This document shows, in pieces, positions 9,393 through 18,665 of a stretch of DNA of 64,000 bases; the stretch's first letter is position 1; the number at the start of each line of letters is the position of its first letter. The notes under the pieces are model-generated. The model saw only the letters and a program-made list of their open reading frames with translations, did no database searches and was not told the DNA's origin. Source of the DNA: an uncultured Bacilli bacterium (GTDB lineage: Bacteria > Bacillota_I > Bacilli_A > RF39 > UBA660). The translations under genes were made by a program, and so were the position numbers. The DNA lies in the NCBI GenBank assembly GCA_947631035.1, contig CANRJW010000002.1, positions 3,233 through 67,232 of the forward strand. The letters are read 5' to 3'.

Positions 9393-10120
9393 TACTTTAC
9401 CTCTACCCCCTTATTGTTTTCGGCCCATTCTTTTATCTTTTGGCAGACCTTTGTAGATGTAATTCTACCTACCCAGCCGCCTTCCTTGCACGCTTCCCAG
9501 TCGATGCCGAGATAGCTACAGTGATTATTCAACTTCTTCTCAAAATTTTCAAACTTACCTGCAGTACCGCATCCTAACTTGTTAAAGCCATCAAAGAAAT
9601 CTCTTTTCTGATTATCGTTCAAGAAGATAACATTATCCTCCAACCTAAAGCAGCAACCCCCAGAAAATTCCGTCTTCTTTTTGCCGGGTAAATCCGTAAG
9701 ACTCGCTTTTTCTTCAAATTCCTCACCTTTGCCGTCGTGCAATTCAATTCCCTTGGCCAGTTTTTGAAGTACGTATTTAGAACCTGTAGGAATTTCAGGA
9801 ATATCATCAAAAGAATTAAAATGACTTGCAATAGTTTTAAGAATAGTCCTGTAGCTAAGATATTTACGCATTAACGACGTAAGCTTGGAAGATTGAATTA
9901 CTGTAAGATCTCCCATGCCTACAATGTGATAAAAATCCACCATTACAATAGTAGTCATACTTGCAAGCGCACTGTTTGCCCATTCTTTTAGTTCCATCAA
10001 ATCGGAAAGAACCATGCTTTCAAAATCTTTTCTGGAATGAATATGAGAAAGCCTGGTTTCACATTCTGTGTACTTATCAAAAAGAGAATTATAAATGGTA
10101 TCGAATAATTCTTTCCTCAT
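9392..10120 (-). CDS. hypothetical protein translationally coupled to the RNA ligase
   Basis: Its stop and the rnl start overlap as TAATG. Confidence 0.5.
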   Translation of the reverse strand: MRKELFDTIYNSLFDKYTECETRLSHIHSRKDFESMVLSDLMELKEWANSALASMTTIVMVDFYHIVGMGDLTVIQSSKLTSLMRKYLSYRTILKTIASHFNSFDDIPEIPTGSKYVLQKLAKGIELHDGKGEEFEEKASLTDLPGKKKTEFSGGCCFRLEDNVIFLNDNQKRDFFDGFNKLGCGTAGKFENFEKKLNNHCSYLGIDWEACKEGGWVGRITSTKVCQKIKEWAENNKGVEVK

Positions 10121-10159
10121 AGTTATTTTTACCTCACATCTCACTTTCTATACATATTA

Positions 10160-10203
10160 TATAATAAACAAAAAGAAAGATCAACTAATTTTAGTTGATC
10201 TTA
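10160..10203 (-). promoter_or_regulatory. terminator-promoter module, full form
   Basis: Same organisation (GATCAACTA / TAGTTGATC arms plus tattatataat) upstream of the 9392..10120 / rnl operon. Confidence 0.55.
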
Positions 10204-10231
10204 AAAATTATTGTCAGGTATTCTTTTCAAT

Positions 10232-12364
10232 TTATTGGATTAAAGACATAATTTTCTCCACATCATTACTGTGAATAATTGTCTGTCCATTTCCAATACC
10301 TTTTAACACCTTATCTGTTACAATTATATCTGCATCCCCCATGTTATCTACTACTTCAGTTGCCATGTAGGTAAATAGAGATTGAAGATTAAGAACGTTG
10401 GTGGATTCAATATAGGAAATTAAGAAATCGAAATCTGTGGTTCCCGCCACTGTTGCATTGCTATCTTTATTTACATTTAACCATACAAAATCATTTGCAT
10501 CAATATCAATAGCAAATAGGTAAGAGAAAGTAGTATCACCTTGAACTAAGAACGAACTCTTTACCGTTTTAGGTTCAAATACTTCTCCACTATCCACCTT
10601 TTCGCGTAACATGTAGCCTGCAGTGCACGTACAGGAATTAAAAGGAGTACCTGAATATACATTATCACAGACTACCAAATATTTAATATTTGGATACCTA
10701 CTCTTAAACTTATCGAGGCTTACATCGATGTATTCTGAACCACCCTCATAGCCGCGTGTTTGGTCTCCAGAGAAGCAAATAGCATCATTTTGATTATTGT
10801 AGAAGGTTCTCCAAGAGAACTCAATCAAGTTGCCCTTATCATCAATGCCCATAACTGAAAGATCTATGTCATTTACTTTTTCCCAATAGGTGAATAAGCG
10901 TACAGTTCTACCATCTAAGTGAACTCTACTGCCCCTAGAAAGGACACCATAACCACTGTTGCCTGCAGTTTCTTGGATAGGTACTGCTTTTAAGTTCATA
11001 CCTTCATCAATATATACTTTATTTAATCTTCCCTTGAGAAGTGTTTGTAATTTATTTTCAAGAGCAGAAAGAATTAATTGTTTATCTTTCTCAGTAATAT
11101 AGGAACGTCTTTTATTAACTTCCCATTGTTCTTCTGTATGTGTTTTAAGAAGATTTTGATGTGTGAATTTAAAATGTCTAGCATTTCTATTATCTACATT
11201 ATAGTAGCTATAGTTATAAAGTTGTTGAATAAGAGCAACAGCTGCATTTGACGTAAAGGCAGTGTCTATCACGTACTTTTTATCTTCTTCATTATTGCAA
11301 CGACTAAGAAGATAGTTCATGTGTCTGAGCACCGCCGTGGCGCCCTTCGCATGAGTTAAGATAACGCAGGCTGATTTAATATCTCCTTGAGCGATGTATT
11401 TTTCTACATAAGACATTTTTGACTTAATATCATCATTGTAGATAATAGAAACAAAATAGCTCTCAAGGTCCGTTTGGGGGTTGAAGTGAATGTGATGAAG
11501 TAGGCCCTTCCACAGCTTTCTCTTCTCAAGACACTCAATCACTTGATTATGGGTGACCCGATATTGATGGCCAGTTAGGTTTACAAGCTGTTTTTCGATC
11601 ACTCTTCTAATAACAGCAGTGATGAATTTTCTATCTCTATTTGGTAAATTTAATTTAGTAAGCTTAGGAAGTTTTGATTTATCCCTAAACATGTAAGAAC
11701 TGTCCGGTTTTTCCGCCTGTATCATTTCCTCTACTAACTTTATAATATCAGGAAGACATAAAAAAGATGTAAGTTCAAGATCACGTATATCATTGAGCAG
11801 TTTAATCGCAGTATTTTTACTTGCAATTGAGGTGGGGGCATAGGAATAATCAACAATGTATTGCTTTACTAAATCATATTGAGATTTACTTAAGGGGCGA
11901 GTTGAGGATAAAAGATCATCCACACAAGAACGAAGCTTATCATGTGCTTGTTTCTCTGTTAGAATCTCAAAATGCTTCACCTCTGTTTTCTCATCAAGCA
12001 CACCTCTTTCAATCTGCTCTTCAAAGATAGATCTTGTACCTTCACCCTCAAAATCATTAAGACCATAAGTAATGAAGTACGAATAGAGTTGGTCCAACAA
12101 TAATTGATCTTTTGTAAGCTCACGAACACTTGAGGGAAATCCAATATAGAAGGGAGCAGGTACTGAAACTGTTCCTATTCCTGTTTCAGCTATATGAAGC
12201 ATGTCAACAGTTGCAAGGTTTGCGTTCTTATCAATTACAATATTAAATAGTTTTCCGAGACCAACAAGTGCATTAAACGTATACTCAGCAGAATGTTGAG
12301 GCTCTGCGGGATCGCTTACAAAATAACCCTTGGTAAATAAATAATCTTTAAATACATCTTTCAT
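10232..12364 (-). CDS. large hypothetical protein (710 aa)
   Basis: Long intact ORF at the head of the ligase operon; no motif confidently recognised. Confidence 0.55.
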   Translation of the reverse strand: MKDVFKDYLFTKGYFVSDPAEPQHSAEYTFNALVGLGKLFNIVIDKNANLATVDMLHIAETGIGTVSVPAPFYIGFPSSVRELTKDQLLLDQLYSYFITYGLNDFEGEGTRSIFEEQIERGVLDEKTEVKHFEILTEKQAHDKLRSCVDDLLSSTRPLSKSQYDLVKQYIVDYSYAPTSIASKNTAIKLLNDIRDLELTSFLCLPDIIKLVEEMIQAEKPDSSYMFRDKSKLPKLTKLNLPNRDRKFITAVIRRVIEKQLVNLTGHQYRVTHNQVIECLEKRKLWKGLLHHIHFNPQTDLESYFVSIIYNDDIKSKMSYVEKYIAQGDIKSACVILTHAKGATAVLRHMNYLLSRCNNEEDKKYVIDTAFTSNAAVALIQQLYNYSYYNVDNRNARHFKFTHQNLLKTHTEEQWEVNKRRSYITEKDKQLILSALENKLQTLLKGRLNKVYIDEGMNLKAVPIQETAGNSGYGVLSRGSRVHLDGRTVRLFTYWEKVNDIDLSVMGIDDKGNLIEFSWRTFYNNQNDAICFSGDQTRGYEGGSEYIDVSLDKFKSRYPNIKYLVVCDNVYSGTPFNSCTCTAGYMLREKVDSGEVFEPKTVKSSFLVQGDTTFSYLFAIDIDANDFVWLNVNKDSNATVAGTTDFDFLISYIESTNVLNLQSLFTYMATEVVDNMGDADIIVTDKVLKGIGNGQTIIHSNDVEKIMSLIQ

Positions 12365-12666
12365 AATTCACCTCCATGGTGTATAAAAAAAAAGATTTTC
12401 AGGGTATTCTACGACTGAGTGGTTGCGGGATGTAACCTGCCTGATTTTAAGAAGTAAGTCATAGTAGCTGAAAATCTCTCAAATAAAAATTATTGTAGCC
12501 CTGAACCATTTTAACAGAATGATGCTTTTTAGCGAAGTAAGGACTACTAGCTGGAATATAAAAAATCAGGAAAGTTTGATAAATTATTTTGCTGCTGATC
12601 TAAATCTTCATTAACCATTTATAAAAGAAGTAAGCAACAATAGCTTGTAAATAAATTTCCTGATAT

Positions 12667-12741
12667 GGAGCTGGTGGTCAGACTTGAACTGACAACCTGC
12701 TGATTACAAATCAGCTGCACTGCCAATTGTGCTACACCAGC
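12667..12741 (-). tRNA. tRNA-Thr (anticodon TGT)
   Basis: Hand-folded cloverleaf GCTGGTG..GCTGA-TTTGTAA-TCAGC..GTCAG-TTCAAGT-CTGAC..CACCAGC-T-CCA; CCA is encoded. Confidence 0.8.
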
Positions 12742-12863
12742 ATAAATATATCCAGTTCTCTTACTGCGGAACTGGCAAGAACAGGTTTTGTTGTACTATA
12801 ATTACACATTAATATACAGAGGAACTGCATTTAAAGTGTGCTGTGAGGACCTAAAAATTTATT

Positions 12864-13415
12864 TTACTTTTCAGGGTAGTAAGGTTCAACAACAATGTTT
12901 GCCCAGTACCTACGTTCAGCAGCTTTTGACATAAAATCTTTAATGTTAGGAGAAGACATTGCTTTATAACTTATAAACTTAATTCCCAGGCCTTCATATT
13001 CACCCCATTTTCCAGTTCGTCCTTTCTCATACGTTGCAGGATTTTCATCCCAATCTAGATCAATAGGCATATCGTACTCGTCCATTAACCTGTTCCATTC
13101 CTCAATGTCCGCTGGATGTTCTGAATCATATAAGAAGCTATACTCATCCCTCCAATCGCTTCTCATGGGATCACTTACATACTTTCGTGTATTTGTTGCA
13201 TAAACTCTGATGCCCAGCTCACGAGCAACCTCTTTTGCTTCTTCACAAAGTCGCTCTGCATCTCGCTTGGTGTCACACAGGTAGCTAATTTTATAACCAC
13301 CCGCAGCAGAGCGAATATCTTCTGGATCCTGAATGCTCCAACCTGCATGCTTCATAAGCTCATAAACATACTTCTTTGTTCCATTTTTTGCTCTGCTTGT
13401 CCAATTGTCTTCCAT
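12864..13415 (-). CDS. hypothetical protein
   Basis: 183 aa ORF. Confidence 0.5.
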   Translation of the reverse strand: MEDNWTSRAKNGTKKYVYELMKHAGWSIQDPEDIRSAAGGYKISYLCDTKRDAERLCEEAKEVARELGIRVYATNTRKYVSDPMRSDWRDEYSFLYDSEHPADIEEWNRLMDEYDMPIDLDWDENPATYEKGRTGKWGEYEGLGIKFISYKAMSSPNIKDFMSKAAERRYWANIVVEPYYPEK

Positions 13416-13485
13416 TTATCCTGCTCCTTTAATTCTTATTCTATATTTATTATATCATATCTCAATTAAGAAATCAACTATATTT

Positions 13486-15150
13486 TCAAAAAAGTCCTGT
13501 AATTTTCCCTTCTTCATCAATATCCATCTTTTCCGCTGCAGGAATAGAAGGCAATCCAGGCATTGTCATAATATTGCCTGTAAGCACCACAATGAACCCT
13601 GCACCTGCTGACACCTTTACATTTCTAACTGTAATATTAAAATGTTCAGGCGCTCCTAACTTACTTGCATCATCGGAGAAAGAATACTGTGTCTTAGCTA
13701 TACAAATTGGAAGAGATCCAAATCCAAGACTTTCTAATCTTTTAATTTGTTCAAGTGCTTCGGGCGTGTAGTCAACACCGTCACCACCATAAATCTTTTG
13801 AGTAACTGCTAGAATCTTATCTTTAATAGATAATTTTTCATCATAAGAATAATTAAAATTACTCTTCTGTTCGCAAAGTTCAACAACCCTGCTAGCAAGA
13901 TCGATATTACCTGCACCGCCATCTGCCCATGCAGTAGACAGAATAGCATCGATACCTAGCTTTTTACATTCTTCTATTACAAGAGAAATTTCAGCATCAG
14001 TATCAGAGGGGAACTTGTTAATAGCAACAACGGCAGGGAGATGGTAGACATTAGTAATATTAGAGACATGTCTAAGAAGATTAGGAAGACCGTTCTTCAA
14101 TGCTTCTAAATCTTCATGTTCCAATTCAGTCCTAGTCAGTCCACCATGCATCTTAAGAGCCCTAATTGTTGCTACTACAACAACAGCATTGGGGGTAAGG
14201 CCTGCAGTTCTACATTTAATATCAAGAAATTTTTCGGCACCGAGGTCAGCACCAAACCCTGCCTCTGTAACTACATAATCAGCAAGCTTAAGGGCTGTCT
14301 TAGTAGCGATGATGGAATTACATCCATGTGCAATATTAGCAAATGGACCACCATGAACAATAGCAGGCGTAGCTTCTAGTGTCTGAACAAGATTGGGTTT
14401 GAGTGCATCTTTAAGGAGAATAGCCATAGCACCTACGGCTTTTAGGTCTCTCGCAGTTACAGGCTCTCCATCACAAGTATAACCTACAATTATTCTTGCA
14501 AGTCTCTCCTTAAGATTCGAAAGGGAGGTAGATAAGCATAGAATTGCCATAATTTCACTAGCAACTGTAATATCAAATCCATCCTTCCTGGGCACACCTG
14601 ATTTAGGTCCACCAAGGCCATCCTCGACATAACGAAGCTGACGATCGTTCATATCAACACATCTCTTCCATGTAATCTTTTCAGGATCAATGTTAAGAGG
14701 GTTACCGTGAAAGATACTATTATCAAGCATAGCAGCAAGAAGATTGTTTGCTGCACCGATAGCGTGAAAATCTCCGGTGAAATGGAGGTTAATATCTTCC
14801 ATCGGGACTACCTGTGCATAACCACCGCCGGCAGCTCCACCCTTAATACCAAAAACAGGGCCAAGAGAAGGCTCACGTAGAGCAGCTACTGTTTTATGCC
14901 CAAGTCTTGCTAGACTATCTGCAAGTCCAATCGTTGTTGTAGTCTTACCCTCACCTGCAGGTGTTGGGGTAATGGCTGTAACAAGAATTAGCTTACCATC
15001 AGGTTTATTTTGATTCATAATAGATAAGTCGAGCTTGGCTTTATATTTACCATAGTACTCGACCTCATCATCTGAAATGCCTAGGTAATGTACAGCATTA
15101 CTAATAGGCTTTATAGTAATTTGTTGTGCAATTTCAATATCTGTTAACAC
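13486..15150 (-). CDS. fhs: formate--tetrahydrofolate ligase (formyl-THF synthetase)
   Basis: 554 aa with the [16 protein letters not shown]-loop and an overall match to the Fhs architecture. Confidence 0.9.
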   Translation of the reverse strand: MLTDIEIAQQITIKPISNAVHYLGISDDEVEYYGKYKAKLDLSIMNQNKPDGKLILVTAITPTPAGEGKTTTTIGLADSLARLGHKTVAALREPSLGPVFGIKGGAAGGGYAQVVPMEDINLHFTGDFHAIGAANNLLAAMLDNSIFHGNPLNIDPEKITWKRCVDMNDRQLRYVEDGLGGPKSGVPRKDGFDITVASEIMAILCLSTSLSNLKERLARIIVGYTCDGEPVTARDLKAVGAMAILLKDALKPNLVQTLEATPAIVHGGPFANIAHGCNSIIATKTALKLADYVVTEAGFGADLGAEKFLDIKCRTAGLTPNAVVVVATIRALKMHGGLTRTELEHEDLEALKNGLPNLLRHVSNITNVYHLPAVVAINKFPSDTDAEISLVIEECKKLGIDAILSTAWADGGAGNIDLASRVVELCEQKSNFNYSYDEKLSIKDKILAVTQKIYGGDGVDYTPEALEQIKRLESLGFGSLPICIAKTQYSFSDDASKLGAPEHFNITVRNVKVSAGAGFIVVLTGNIMTMPGLPSIPAAEKMDIDEEGKITGLF

Positions 15151-15182
15151 TCTTCACCTCTTGCTTATACCTAACCATTTAA

Positions 15183-15377
15183 TTACAGGTCCTCTAACAG
15201 GTATTTTTTAACACCCTCTTTGCAAATATCTGAAGAAATATAACTATTTGTTTGGCATTCCTTCAGTTTAGTACACAGAAAGCAAAGTTCAAGGTCCACA
15301 CTTGAACATAGATAGTCAACCATGTCATCAACTGTTTCGTATAAGTGATATTTATTTAGTACCTCAAAACGTGTCAT
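15183..15377 (-). CDS. hypothetical Cys-containing small protein
   Basis: 64 aa ORF. Confidence 0.3.
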   Translation of the reverse strand: MTRFEVLNKYHLYETVDDMVDYLCSSVDLELCFLCTKLKECQTNSYISSDICKEGVKKYLLEDL

Positions 15378-15496
15378 TTAGGCTACCTTATAAAAATAAA
15401 CAGTATGGGTGAGATTAAATTATGCATCCTACTTCTATTGGATACTATAACATAAATTTCTAAGGTACCTTAAACATCTAAATTAAAAAGTTTTCT

Positions 15497-15886
15497 TTAA
15501 TACGAAGGAAAAGAACATAGGCCTTCGTCTATATCTTCTTCACTCCTTCCAAGAATGCTAGCCACGTTCTTGATATCTCTCACTGTCAACCTACCCACTC
15601 TTCCGCCAAGATTCATGTGATTAAGATCCACCAACTTATCTAGTCTCGCGGTGGATGGTTTTCTTAAACCTGCCTCTCTCCAATCGATGATCTTATAGTC
15701 GCCTGAATCCCATTCTCTAACCCCGTGACTAGTAATAGGAGCAACATTTAATATAATTCCAGCGCTGTTATCAAGAATGATAACTGGCCTAGTTTTGTAC
15801 CTTGGTGTGAGCAGGTCTTCGTCTTCTTCGTAGGGAATAGCCCCGATGTAAATATCATAAACTCTCAAGGCAAGGGGCCCTCCCAA
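15497..15886 (-). CDS. MazF/PemK-family endoribonuclease toxin homologue
   Basis: KTRPVIILDNSAGIILNVAPITSHG matches the PemK/MazF core (RPxhhhs...hh.P.TS); length is also typical. Confidence 0.6.
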   Translation of the reverse strand: MGGPLALRVYDIYIGAIPYEEDEDLLTPRYKTRPVIILDNSAGIILNVAPITSHGVREWDSGDYKIIDWREAGLRKPSTARLDKLVDLNHMNLGGRVGRLTVRDIKNVASILGRSEEDIDEGLCSFPSY

Positions 15887-16068
15887 AGATCATCATAAAG
15901 GCCGTCGTCTTCCGGGTAATAGCATTCCTTGGGGAGGACAGTGTAGTGATAAGTGTGCTTGACAAAGTTTTTTGCGACTCTCTCCGCTTCCTCTATCACT
16001 GCGTCTTCATTAAGCATGTCCTCGTTCATACTTTTTGCTTCTTCCCAAATGTTTGGCATCATATGCAA
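15865..16068 (-). CDS. small acidic protein upstream of and overlapping the MazF-like gene (candidate cognate partner)
   Basis: 67 aa, acidic, with a 22-nt overlap onto the MazF-like start. Confidence 0.35.
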   Translation of the reverse strand: MHMMPNIWEEAKSMNEDMLNEDAVIEEAERVAKNFVKHTYHYTVLPKECYYPEDDGLYDDLWEGPLP

Positions 16069-16089
16069 CTCCTAATTTTACATACATTA

Positions 16090-16164
16090 TGGTGTGAGTG
16101 AGGAGACTTGAACTCCCGACTCCTTGATTAAAAGTCAAGTGCTCTACCACTGAGCTACACCCAC
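16090..16164 (-). tRNA. tRNA-Lys (anticodon TTT)
   Basis: Fold GTGGGTG..CTTGA-CTTTTAA-TCAAG..GGGAG-TTCAAGT-CTCCT..CACTCAC-A-CCA. Confidence 0.8.
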
Positions 16165-16231
16165 ATAAGATTTGACAGGGGCTGCCAGGACGGGTTGCAG
16201 TGCAGGGGGCGTCCTGACAGTTTGTCAAATT

Positions 16232-16314
16232 TGGTCACCGCGAAGGGATTTGAACCCTTACGATCTCTCACTGGATCCTAAATCCAGCGTGTCTGCCAGT
16301 TTCACCACGCGGCG
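16232..16314 (-). tRNA. tRNA-Leu (anticodon TAG), type II
   Basis: Fold CTGGA-TTTAGGA-TCCAG with a long variable arm and T-arm AAGGG-TTCAAAT-CCCTT; CCA is encoded. Confidence 0.7.
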
Positions 16315-16421
16315 ATATAGCATACATGACTTGCGGGGCGCAATCATATCTATTTTATCTGCGATCTCTGAATATTCAGCGCTCTTCGTTAAGCTACTCC
16401 GCCGACGTCATGCATGCTTAA

Positions 16422-16511
16422 TGGTGGAAGAGGAAGGAATTGAACCTCCTCGATGTCTGATCAGGACATCTCTGCACTTTTACAGATGCAGTATCAATCT
16501 GCGTCTCTCCC
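16422..16511 (-). tRNA. tRNA-like element, type-II-like, anticodon arm unresolved
   Basis: Acceptor GGGAGAG/CTCTTCC, T-arm GGAGG-TTCAATT-CCTTC and CCA are present, but the internal region (CTGCA-TCTGTAAAAG-TGCAG plus a GATGTC..GACATC hairpin) does not give a canonical 7-nt anticodon loop. Confidence 0.35.
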
Positions 16512-16514
16512 ATC

Positions 16515-16601
16515 TGGTGGGCCGGGATGGAGTTGCACCACCGGTGTTTCTGATGTAACGGATTTACAGTCCGCCCCAATCGCTTCTATGGATACCGACC
16601 C
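16515..16601 (-). tRNA. tRNA-Tyr (anticodon GTA), type II
   Basis: Fold GCGGA-CTGTAAA-TCCGT, acceptor GGGTCGG/CCGGCCC-A-CCA; the T-loop TGCAACT is unusual. Confidence 0.6.
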
Positions 16602-16726
16602 ATGAAAAAGAAAAATGACAGGGGCTGGGCTTGCACCAACTTGCGTTTCACGTCCTTACTCCCCCACTCCACTTTGGTGACTAGCCAGAATTGCACTGAC
16701 ATGGGAGCACCTATCAAATTTCCTGC

Positions 16727-16806
16727 TGGTGGCTGGGGGTGGACTTGAACCACCGACATACGGATTTTCAGTCCGTCGCTCTGACCAAAAACTGAGCTAT
16801 CCAGCC
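16727..16806 (-). tRNA. tRNA-Phe (anticodon GAA)
   Basis: Fold GCTC-AGTTTTTGGTCA-GAGC, ACGGA-CTGAAAA-TCCGT, GGTGG-TTCAAGT-CCACC, then CCA. Confidence 0.8.
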
Positions 16807-16862
16807 ATGTTGGCAATTTTCTATGTATCGCATCTCAGCCTGCCATGATACTTCACTTACGG

Positions 16863-16937
16863 TGGTCCGCCTGCCAGGATTTGAACCTGGAATAAAAGAT
16901 TAGAAGTCTCTTGTGATATCCATTTCACTACAAGCGG
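16863..16937 (-). tRNA. tRNA-Arg (anticodon TCT)
   Basis: Fold AGAGA-CTTCTAA-TCTTT, T-arm CCAGG-TTCAAAT-CCTGG, a C1:G72 acceptor, then CCA. Confidence 0.75.
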
Positions 16938-17085
16938 ATATTTATACACCTGACAGGATTCTTAGTACCTGCATCTCCTCCCCGTTTCCTCAGTGATAAG
17001 TTGAGTACTCAGGGGTGGGGTCCTCTTTAACGTTAAACGACAGGTGTTGAGATTTCACTAGGTTATCAAGCTAGCTACTTTCTCA

Positions 17086-17161
17086 TGGTACGGGGTGACA
17101 GACTTGAACTGTCGACTTCCTGCTTGTAAGGCAGGTGCTCTCCCAGCTGAGCTAACCCCGC
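17086..17161 (-). tRNA. tRNA-Val (anticodon TAC)
   Basis: Fold GCTC-AGCTGGGA-GAGC, CCTGC-CTTACAA-GCAGG, GACAG-TTCAAGT-CTGTC, then CCA. Confidence 0.8.
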
Positions 17162-17214
17162 ATGTGTTCGCTTCTCTTACTGTGGAAGCTTTGAAGGACA
17201 GGTTCGTTTTACAT

Positions 17215-17291
17215 TGGTGATGCCTATGCGGCTCGAACGCATAATCTTCAGCTTGAGAGGCTGACGTGTTATCCAGTTCCACTAAGGCACC
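17215..17291 (-). tRNA. tRNA-Glu (anticodon CTC)
   Basis: Fold TCAGC-CTCTCAA-GCTGA, ATGCG-TTCGAGC-CGCAT, acceptor GGTGCCT/AGGCATC-A-CCA. Confidence 0.6.
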
Positions 17292-17364
17292 TGGTTGGAG
17301 AGAAGAGAGTTGAACTCTTACCTGAGGAGCCACAATCCTCCGTGCTACCGTTACACCACAGACC
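17292..17364 (-). tRNA. tRNA-like element with a His-type (GTG) anticodon arm and an unpaired acceptor (possible pseudo-tRNA)
   Basis: Arm GAGGA-TTGTGGC-TCCTC and T-arm AAGAG-TTCAACT-CTCTT with CCA, but the 5' GGTCTGT cannot pair with the 3' CTCTCCA. Confidence 0.3.
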
Positions 17365-17400
17365 ACATATATAAATACAAGAAAGAAGTTTGGTTAATCT

Positions 17401-17607
17401 TTACTCAGCTACAGGCAATTCCCTTTCACTTTCAATACTATAAAGAATACCTTTATTGTTGTGTACGAGAATCCTGTGCATAGCTCTACGAGCAGAATGA
17501 ATGTCTTTGCCTTTATGCACAAGCCTGACTGTTTCATCCTTTCCATGCTCACCAATGGAGCCTCTAAGAATGGTAATAGTAAATTCAAACGACTTTCTTC
17601 TTAACAT
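17401..17607 (-). CDS. hypothetical small protein
   Basis: 68 aa ORF just downstream of the tRNA block. Confidence 0.35.
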   Translation of the reverse strand: MLRRKSFEFTITILRGSIGEHGKDETVRLVHKGKDIHSARRAMHRILVHNNKGILYSIESERELPVAE

Positions 17608-17703
17608 ATTTTACTTAAACACCCCTTCTTGTTTCCTCTATGAATATTATAGTATCAAAGAAAAAGTAAATCTACTAATCTCTGCAGTACTTCTTCAGTT
17701 AAT

Positions 17704-17958
17704 TTACTCGGTTACCCTTCTCTTCATTTCAGCAAAAGCAGCTTCAGCTAATTCATCGCCAAGAGCTCCCTTTACAATGCCTTCAAGAAGCTGAATATAT
17801 TCATCCTTCTCCCCTTCATACATTTCAGGTTCAGGACCTTTGTACCCTTCATAAGAGCAATTTGCGTAGCCCGAGCAGGGACCTGCGTAACGGTTTTTCT
17901 CATCCCGATCTGCAAATTGACAAGTCAAGCAACCACCATTCATATAACACTTATCCAT
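17704..17958 (-). CDS. hypothetical Cys-rich small protein
   Basis: 84 aa with CxxC, C...C..C and C.Y.G patterns. Confidence 0.4.
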   Translation of the reverse strand: MDKCYMNGGCLTCQFADRDEKNRYAGPCSGYANCSYEGYKGPEPEMYEGEKDEYIQLLEGIVKGALGDELAEAAFAEMKRRVTE

Positions 17959-17962
17959 ATAT

Positions 17963-18151
17963 TCACCTCACGTAAACTGTTAAGATATTTTTACCCATCG
18001 AATCAGTAGTGACACTTTCTACTTCGCTGTGTATGAATTCAGTAGGAATGTCCAGAACGGAGCTGCAGAGTGTCAGTGATCCTCCAGTCTTACCAATGAA
18101 GAATAATCGGCAGGACTTTTCGAGACCCTCCAGTAAATTCTCAACAAGCAT
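17963..18151 (-). CDS. hypothetical small protein
   Basis: 62 aa ORF. Confidence 0.3.
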   Translation of the reverse strand: MLVENLLEGLEKSCRLFFIGKTGGSLTLCSSVLDIPTEFIHSEVESVTTDSMGKNILTVYVR

Positions 18152-18273
18152 TATCTCACCTCAAATCATAACAGCAACACTGATAACAGGTTCACCATCT
18201 ACATCAATATCAGCCGCAAAGTCTATAACTTCGTTATCATCAATAACATCAAGAAGATCTTTGAATAGCATAT

Positions 18274-18501
18274 TTACCTCACCTGAATCCAATTATGAAT
18301 ATGGCAACCTGCAACGTTCGTTTCTTCGATCTCGGTCACGACTTCTTGAAAATCATCACCTGCGTAGTTGACGATCACCTCACTGTCGATTGCCTTATCA
18401 TCGTAGCTGACGATCTTGGCACCTGCGGTTTCGAGTAGTTCAAGTACTACCTGAAGGGATTCCTTGTAGTAATTTTCAACCTGAATCTTGTACTGTTTCA
18501 T
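18274..18501 (-). CDS. hypothetical small acidic protein
   Basis: 75 aa ORF. Confidence 0.4.
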   Translation of the reverse strand: MKQYKIQVENYYKESLQVVLELLETAGAKIVSYDDKAIDSEVIVNYAGDDFQEVVTEIEETNVAGCHIHNWIQVR

Positions 18502-18527
18502 CTTCTTACCTCACCCACATTTTCTAC

Positions 18528-18566
18528 ATTTATTATATAATAAAGGGGAAGAAGAATCAACTACTT
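18528..18566 (-). promoter_or_regulatory. promoter-module variant
   Basis: tattatataat...gaatcaactac; upstream of 18274..18501 and downstream of tRNA-Trp. Confidence 0.45.
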
Positions 18567-18589
18567 TCTGTAGTGAGATGAAAAATTTA

Positions 18590-18665
18590 TGGCAGGAGAG
18601 CAGGGATTCGAACCCCAGTCCACGGTTTTGGAGACCGTTATCCTAGACCACTAGACGACTCTCCT
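18590..18665 (-). tRNA. tRNA-Trp (anticodon CCA)
   Basis: Fold AGGAGAG..GTC-TAGTGGTCTAG-GAT..ACGGT-CTCCAAA-ACCGT..TTCGAAT..CTCTCCT-G-CCA. Confidence 0.75.

Noticed and set aside
12365-12666. 300-nt non-coding region upstream of the 710-aa gene as a possible ncRNA
   Set aside because: Only weak, non-conserved stem potential was seen by eye; left unannotated pending a covariance search.
16316-16421. Possible extra tRNA between tRNA-Leu(TAG) and the atypical element at 16422
   Set aside because: It holds a 12-bp palindrome CTGAATATTCAG and a TTGCG-GGG-CGCAA hairpin, but no T-arm or acceptor pairing; treated as structured spacer.
16010-16558. ORFs 16010..16228(-) and 16172..16558(+) (72 and 128 aa)
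   Set aside because: They lie entirely over the tRNA-Lys, Leu, Tyr gene block; the reading frames are by-products of GC-richer tRNA sequence.
16602-16726. Possible tRNA in the 125-nt spacer between tRNA-Tyr and tRNA-Phe
   Set aside because: A 37-nt segment ends in CACCA, but no cloverleaf can be built; possibly a tRNA remnant. Not reported as a gene.
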